Source: the human T2T-CHM13v2.0 reference genome, Homo sapiens
Assembly: GCF_009914755.1 (NCBI RefSeq)
Contig: NC_060934.1
Length of the DNA: 64,000 nt
Strand: one strand, 5' to 3'
The notes beneath the pieces were generated by a model. It made no database searches. It was not told the DNA's origin and was given only the letters and a program-made list of their open reading frames with translations. The translations under genes and the position numbers were made by a program. Below are positions 58,621-64,000 of the stretch, one piece after another; position 1 is the first letter of the stretch; every line of letters begins with the position of its first letter.

Positions 58621-59640
58621 GGTCGTTTCCAAGATGGCCAAATAGGAACAGCTCCGGTCGGAAGCTCCTAGCAAGATCGACGCAGACCTGCATTTCCAAC
58701 TGAGGTACCTAGTTCATCTCATTGGGACTGGTTGGACAGTGGGTGCAGCCCACGGAGGGTGAGCCAAAGTAGGGCGGGGCATTGCCTCACCCAGGAAGTG
58801 CAAGGGTTCGGAGGATTTCCCTTTTCTAGACAAGGGAAGCCATGACAGACTGTACCGGGAAAAACGGTACACTTCCCCCCAAATACTGTGCTTTTCAATG
58901 GTCTTAGCAACCAGCAGACCAGGCGATTCCCTCCCATGTCTGGCTCAGCAGGTACCACGCCCATAGAGCCTTGCTCACTGCTAGCACAGCAGTCTGAGAT
59001 CAACCTGCCAGGCTGCAGCCTGGCAGGGGGAGAAGCATCTGCCACTGCTGAGGCTTGAGTAGGTAAACAAAGCAGCCAGGAAGCTCAAACTGAGCGGAGC
59101 CCACCGCAGCTCAACAAGGCCTACTGCCTCTATAGACTCCACCTCTGTGGGCAGGGCATAGCTCAACAAAAGGCAGCAGACAACTTCAGACTTAAAGGCC
59201 CCTGTGTGACAGCTCTGAAGAGAGCAGGGGTTCTCCCAGCACAGTGTTTGAGCTCTGAGAACAAACAGACGGCCCCCTCAAGTGGATCCCTGACTCTGTG
59301 TAGCCTGACTGGGAGGCACCTCCCAGTAGGGGCCGACAGACAACTCATGCAAGTGGCTGCCCCTCTGGGACAAAGCTTCCAGAGGAAGGATCAGGCAGTA
59401 ATATTTTCTGTTCTGCAATACTTGCTGTTCTGCAGCCTCCACTGGTGAAACCCAGGCAAAAGGGGCTGGAGTGGACCTCCAGCAAACTCCAACAGACCTG
59501 CAGCTGAGGGGCCTGACTGTTACAAGGAAAACTAACAAACAGAAAGGAATAGCATCAACATCAACAAAAAGGACATCCCCAATAAAACCCCATCTGCAGG
59601 TCACCAATGTCAAAGACCAAAGGTAGATAAAACCACAAAG
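58621..59640 (+). promoter_or_regulatory. L1 5'UTR internal promoter region (CpG-decayed)
   Basis: YY1 core caagatggcc at 58630-58639; locally GC-rich; activity cannot be shown from sequence. Confidence 0.7.
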
Positions 59641-60668
59641 ATGGGGAGAAACCAGAACAGAAAAGCAGAAAATTTCAAAAAAACAGAGTGCCTCTTCTCC
59701 CCCAGAGGATCACAGCTCCTCGCCAGCAATGGAAGAAAGCTGGACGGAGAATGACTTTGACAAGTTGACAGAAGTAGGCTTCAGAAAGTCGGTAATAACA
59801 AACTTCTCTGAGCTAAAAGAGCATGTTCTAACCCATGGGAAGGATTAGAAAAAAAACCTTGAAAAAAGGTTAGATGAATGGCTAACTAGAATAAACAGTG
59901 TAGAGAAGACCTTCAATGGCCTGATGGAGCTGAAAACCATGGCATGAGAACTTCATGACACAGGCACAAGCTTCAGTAGCCAATTCGATCAAGTGGAAGA
60001 AGGGATATCAGTGATTGAAGATCAAATTAATGAAATAAAGCAAGAAGACAAGATTAGAGAAAAAAGAGTAAAAAGAAATGAACAAAGTCTCCAAGAAATA
60101 TGGGACTATGTGAAAAGACCAAATCTACATCTGATTGGTGTACCTGAAAGTGACACGGAGAATGGAACCAAATTAGAAAACACTCTTCAGGATATTATGC
60201 AGGAGAACTTCCCCAGTCTAGCAAAGCAGGCCAACATTCACATTCAGGAAATACAGAGAACACCACAAAGATACTCCTCGAGAAGAGCAACTGCAAGACG
60301 CATACTTGTCAGATTCACCAAGGTTGAAATAAAAGAAAAAATGTTAAGGGCAGCCAGAGAGAAAGGTCGGGTTACCCACAAAAGGAAGCCCATCAAACCA
60401 ACAGCGGATCTCTCAGCAGAAACTCTACAAGCCAGAAGAGAGTGGGGGCCAATATTCAACATTTAAAGAAAAGAATTTTCAACACAGAATTTCATATCAA
60501 GACAAACTACCATTCATAAGTGAAGGGGAAATAAAATCGTTTACAGATAAGCAAATGCTGAGAGATTTTGTCACCACCAGGTCTGCCTTACAAGAGCTCC
60601 TGAAGGAAGCACTAAACATGGAAAGGAACAACTGGTACCAGCCACTGCAAAAACATGCCAAATTCTAA
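59641..60668 (+). pseudogene. L1 ORF1p, disrupted
   Basis: Starts atggggagaaaccag; YVKRPNL, ARREW motifs in ORF 59993..60466; TGA at 59945-59947 and frameshifts (for example near 60462). Confidence 0.93.
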
Positions 60669-60731
60669 AGACCATAGATGCTATGAAGAAACCACATCAA
60701 TTAACAGGTAAAATAACCAGCTAACATCATA

Positions 60732-64000
<3,269 letters not shown>

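Overview
This is an AT-rich, CpG-depleted primate sequence. Alu S/J plus an L1PA3-like insert point to an ape, most likely human. It reads as the middle of a long intron or an intergenic region. A large share is transposable-element debris: 11 Alus, 8 L1 insertions, 10 solo LTRs (MaLR/ERVL), DNA transposons (MER6, MER58, MER5, MER103-like) and many MIR/L2 fragments, several nested with readable target-site duplications (TSDs). One L1 is a 5'-complete but disabled L1PA7-like copy that runs off the right edge. No host protein-coding exon, RNA gene or CRISPR-like array is supportable. The ORFs in the supplied track are L1 ORF1/ORF2 remnants, Alu/LTR read-throughs or chance ORFs. I found no convincing new biological system. 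The best leads are modest: (i) L1s and LTRs mostly point +, hinting at a minus-strand host transcript; (ii) a coherent minus-strand splice architecture sits at 35.8-36.5 kb beside a repeat-free motif cluster; (iii) there is a possible recursive splice site at 29.15 kb; (iv) a few unique islands retain CpGs. Subfamily names come from my recall of consensus sequences, not from an alignment. Boundaries of old MIR/L2/L1M elements are approximate.
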